Origin: Methanobacteriota archaeon
Lineage (GTDB): Archaea; Thermoplasmatota; E2; DHVEG-1
Reading direction: 5' to 3'
NCBI GenBank assembly: GCA_963769885.1
Contig: CAVYNH010000007.1
Location: 32,001-96,000 of the forward strand
Length of the DNA stretch: 64,000 nt
A program made the position numbers and the translations under genes. Positions 60,749 to 64,000 of the stretch are shown here, piece by piece. Each line of letters opens with the position of its first letter. Position 1 is the stretch's first letter. The notes below the pieces were generated by a model. It had not been told where the DNA came from. It ran no database searches and saw nothing but the letters and a program-made list of their open reading frames with translations.

Positions 60749-61135
60749 ATGAAGGAATTGGCAGAAGTCAGAACCCTAAAAGTCAACCGCTACATCCTCA
60801 TCGACGAGGAGCCCTGCAAGATCCTCAGCATCTCCACTTCCAAGCCAGGGAAGCACGGTGAGGCCAAGGCCCGCATCGAAGCCATCGGCATCTTCGACGA
60901 AACGAAACGCAGCGTCGTCCACCCTGTCAAGCACAAGGTCGGCGTCCCCATGATCGACAAACGCAACGCCCAGATCCTCTCCCTTCAGGGAACCGACGTC
61001 GTCCAGCTCATGGACCTGGAGACCTACGAGACCTTCGAGATGCCCATCCCCGAGGACCTCAAAGGCCAGCTCGAGCCTGGAAAAGAAATCTTATACATGA
61101 CCGCGATGGGGAAACGCAAGATCACCCGCGCCTAA
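60749..61135 (+). CDS. eif5a: Translation factor aIF5A
   Basis: SKPGKHG hypusine motif, [12 protein letters not shown]. Confidence 0.97.
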   Translation: MKELAEVRTLKVNRYILIDEEPCKILSISTSKPGKHGEAKARIEAIGIFDETKRSVVHPVKHKVGVPMIDKRNAQILSLQGTDVVQLMDLETYETFEMPIPEDLKGQLEPGKEILYMTAMGKRKITRA

Positions 61136-61188
61136 CACCATCACAAACCATCACAGGAAAAACCCGAGTACATGGGATCTGAGGCCGC

Positions 61189-62061
61189 ATGAATTTTCCC
61201 AATTACTACGCTGACGCAGAGGCGGACCGAGCCGCCGCACAGTTCGTCATCCTCGGCGTGCCCTACGAGAAGACCTCCACCTTCCGCCACGGGGCAGACC
61301 AGGCCCCCCGAGAGATCCGCCAGGCGAGCTGGAACTTCGAACAATTCGACCTCTACAGCGGCGTCACCTTCCCCAACCTCGACGTCCACGACGCCGGCGA
61401 CCTCGACGTGAAAACCCTCTCCACCAAGGCCCTCTACGCCCTCCTCCGAGACACCACCGCCACCCTGCTCCAAGACCACAAGATCCCGATCTCCTTGGGG
61501 GGAGACCATTCTATCACGCCCGGCATCGTCGCTGCCTTCCCCAACGACATCGCAGTCCTCTCCCTGGATGCCCACCTGGACTACCGCACCTCCTACAAGA
61601 AAGACCCCTACAACCACGCATGCGTCATGCGCCGCGTCGCCGACCACATCCCCGTCCAGAACCTCGCGATCCTCGGAATCAGATCCGCCGAGGAACAAGA
61701 ATACGCGGATGCCCGCGCCCACGGGCTCTACTTCAAAGACGCCTTCACCATACGAGACCAAGGAATCCAAAAGACAATCCAAGACGCGAAAACCCACTTC
61801 GGCAACAGGCAGCTCTACCTGACCCTGGACATCGACGTCATCGACCCCGCGTACGCCCCCGGGACGAGCACCCCAGAGCCGTTCGGATTAACCCCGCTCG
61901 ACGTTCTTCAGCTCATCGAAGCCTTCGCCCCACGCATCATCGGCATGGACCTCGTCGAGGTCTGCCCCCCCTACGACCAGGGGGGTACAGCGATCCTCGC
62001 CGCGAAGCTCATCCGCCTCAGTCTCAGCCTCATCTCCCGGGAGAGGAAAGGATTAGGTTAA
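61189..62061 (+). CDS. speB: Agmatinase
   Basis: GGDHSIT, DAHLD, DIDVIDP..APGT..PEP.G. Confidence 0.93.
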   Translation: MNFPNYYADAEADRAAAQFVILGVPYEKTSTFRHGADQAPREIRQASWNFEQFDLYSGVTFPNLDVHDAGDLDVKTLSTKALYALLRDTTATLLQDHKIPISLGGDHSITPGIVAAFPNDIAVLSLDAHLDYRTSYKKDPYNHACVMRRVADHIPVQNLAILGIRSAEEQEYADARAHGLYFKDAFTIRDQGIQKTIQDAKTHFGNRQLYLTLDIDVIDPAYAPGTSTPEPFGLTPLDVLQLIEAFAPRIIGMDLVEVCPPYDQGGTAILAAKLIRLSLSLISRERKGLG

Positions 62062-62088
62062 TATAGAACCGAGCGTTTCCACAGGCTC

Positions 62089-63204
62089 ATGAAAAAGGAA
62101 ACCGTTGCCTTAATCGCGTTGATCGTCATCGTTCTCGGATCCCTTACCGTCTTCGTGGTCGGGACGAACACAACCCTGTTCACCGATCTCTTTTCCCAAA
62201 AGCAGACCGTCGCGGTCGGCGACTGCGTGAACGTCAGCTACATCGGCCGGTATGCCTCCAACCACACCGTCTTCGACTCCTCCTACAAAGACTCTACGAA
62301 CAAAACCGGGGACTCGCCCTTGAACATCTTCGTCAGCTATGACAAGAACGCCACCGCCCCGAAATCCGGCTACACCCAGAACATGATCAAAGGATTCATG
62401 GACGGCCTCATCGGCATGACGGAGGGACAGACCAAAACCATCGGACCCATAGCCCCCAAGGACGCCTACGGGGAAAAACTCGTCACCGGCGTTCGAATTA
62501 AGACGCCGATCCTCTTTTACTCATACCACAACATCACCCTGAATGAGACGTTTGAGGTCACGAACATCACAAACAGCAATCTCACCCTGCAATGGCTGGA
62601 CCCGCCCCATCTGGGGAACTTCACCATGACCGAGGGCGTCATCATGGGCGAAAAAGAAATGCTCCAATCGATGAATCCCTTCGAGATGCTCCCGCCCTAC
62701 TTCCTCTGGGAGAACGCCTCCCGGGTCGTGAATGTCACCAACGAGTCCGTGACCGTCAACGTCACCCCCTACCAGTTCACCAACAATTCCTCGAAATGCG
62801 AGATCTTCATGGTCGGCGAGAACTACGGGTTTGTATTCCCGAACGCCACAACCCTCACCTGGACGAACTCCACCATTAATCTCACCAGCACTCCCAAAAA
62901 AGGGACGAACTACGTCATGCTCCTGCAGGGAATCCAATTCAACATCACGGTGGGGAACATCAGCGGTGCCAACTATAACGTGACGATCTCTCAAGGGGAC
63001 ATGAATCAGACCCTGGCCATGAACAAGACCTTCGTCTTCAACCGCACCCTCGTCCTGCGCCGCAACTATGTCTTGCCAATGGCCTATGCCCCCTACATGA
63101 TTGGCAACGAGATCAAAGCGGCCGGCTACAGCATCGACCACCTTGCCGGAGAATCTTTGATCTTCGAAGTCACTGTTGACAAAATCTACAAGACGTCCTC
63201 TTAG
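62089..63204 (+). CDS. Membrane-anchored FKBP-type PPIase-like protein with large insertion
   Basis: GD.V.V.YIGR...VFDSS, MIKGF..GL.GM..G, P.DAYG ... HLAGE.L.FEV.V. Confidence 0.8.
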   Translation: MKKETVALIALIVIVLGSLTVFVVGTNTTLFTDLFSQKQTVAVGDCVNVSYIGRYASNHTVFDSSYKDSTNKTGDSPLNIFVSYDKNATAPKSGYTQNMIKGFMDGLIGMTEGQTKTIGPIAPKDAYGEKLVTGVRIKTPILFYSYHNITLNETFEVTNITNSNLTLQWLDPPHLGNFTMTEGVIMGEKEMLQSMNPFEMLPPYFLWENASRVVNVTNESVTVNVTPYQFTNNSSKCEIFMVGENYGFVFPNATTLTWTNSTINLTSTPKKGTNYVMLLQGIQFNITVGNISGANYNVTISQGDMNQTLAMNKTFVFNRTLVLRRNYVLPMAYAPYMIGNEIKAAGYSIDHLAGESLIFEVTVDKIYKTSS

Positions 63205-64000
63205 ACCGACAACTGTTTGGAGATCTGTCGTTCGACTAGCGACAGAAACTCCTCCTCTTTTCCTTTTGGTATCGTCGCGCCCGCCGCGATGTTATGCCCT
63301 CCGCCGACGCCATGGACGGTCTCCGCCGCGGTTTTCAATGCGGCTGAGAGATCCAGGCCGCGGTCCACGAGCACCTGCGTCGTCCGGGCTGAAACCTTGA
63401 TGTCCCCGTTCTCGGTGCAGGCGAACCCCAGCAGCGGAAGGCTTGCATCGACCTCCTCGCTGTTGAGCATCATGTTGGTGACGATGCCGATGATGGTGTC
63501 CCGTATACCGTCGCCGGCATGGAAGAACTGAACGTACTTGCGTTTCTGGATCTTTTCCTCCCGGGCGTACTGCAGGCCTTCGACGAGGTTGAGGCGGTGG
63601 CCGCGGAGTAGATTGAGTGCCTTGCCGAGCCATTCATCCCTGTCCCCGAGGCAGACCTGCAGGCCGACTTCTTCCTGGCCGTAGCGGGCGGTGGAGTTCA
63701 AGAGGGTGGCGAACTCCTTGGCGTCGTGCAGCTCCGTGCCGACCTCTTCCTGGGGGAGGAGGTAAGTTTCGCCGATGAGCCGCAGCGCGATGCGGTGGCC
63801 GAATCCCTTGCCGAGGAGCATCTGGGTGAGTGCGGACACGATGCGTTGTTTCTCCCAGGGTTCGAGGTGGATCCAGCGGCGTTGTTCGTCCCCGTCTGTC
63901 AATCTGATTTGGAGGTCTTGGAGGAAGGTCGTGCAGGCTTCTTCTCGGCCGGTGAGGCCGGGGATGAACGGGTCGTTGGCGAACTGCAGGAGTTTGGGCA
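63201..64000 (-). CDS. RecJ-like DHH/DHHA1 phosphoesterase (5' part beyond the window)
   Basis: EFATLLN.TARY, KVSAR, GGGHNIAAGATIP; frame open to the window edge. Confidence 0.88.
   Translation of the reverse strand, partial: PKLLQFANDPFIPGLTGREEACTTFLQDLQIRLTDGDEQRRWIHLEPWEKQRIVSALTQMLLGKGFGHRIALRLIGETYLLPQEEVGTELHDAKEFATLLNSTARYGQEEVGLQVCLGDRDEWLGKALNLLRGHRLNLVEGLQYAREEKIQKRKYVQFFHAGDGIRDTIIGIVTNMMLNSEEVDASLPLLGFACTENGDIKVSARTTQVLVDRGLDLSAALKTAAETVHGVGGGHNIAAGATIPKGKEEEFLSLVERQISKQLSV

Overview
Archaeal DNA, most likely Thermoplasmatota (inferred from gene content: rps8e, srp19, psmA, TBP/TFB, Alba, Hel308, Cgi121, aIF5A, EarA-family regulator). GC-rich housekeeping blocks at about 1-4, 6-16, 21-29 and 57-64 kb alternate with AT-rich accessory blocks. 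These are a serine recombinase plus an HNH-recombinase-domain fusion (3.9-6 kb), a restriction-modification/nucleotide-cyclase islet (16.5-21 kb), and a ~25 kb island (32.5-56.9 kb) running from the 3' end of tRNA-Arg(GCG). The island is the most unusual part. Its cargo genes are separated by recurring non-coding modules: three complete tnpA-only IS200-type elements, solo left and right ends, a mini LE-RE element, seven copies of an LE-related hairpin, two further repeat families and duplicated tRNA 3' ends. One co-oriented LE-RE pair brackets a TBP-TFB-Alba-HTH-lysine-rich-micropeptide module. Several small genes missing from the ORF track were found. Five +1 frameshifts are probably sequencing artefacts, three of them at GTAC. 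All family assignments come from motif recognition by eye, without database searches.
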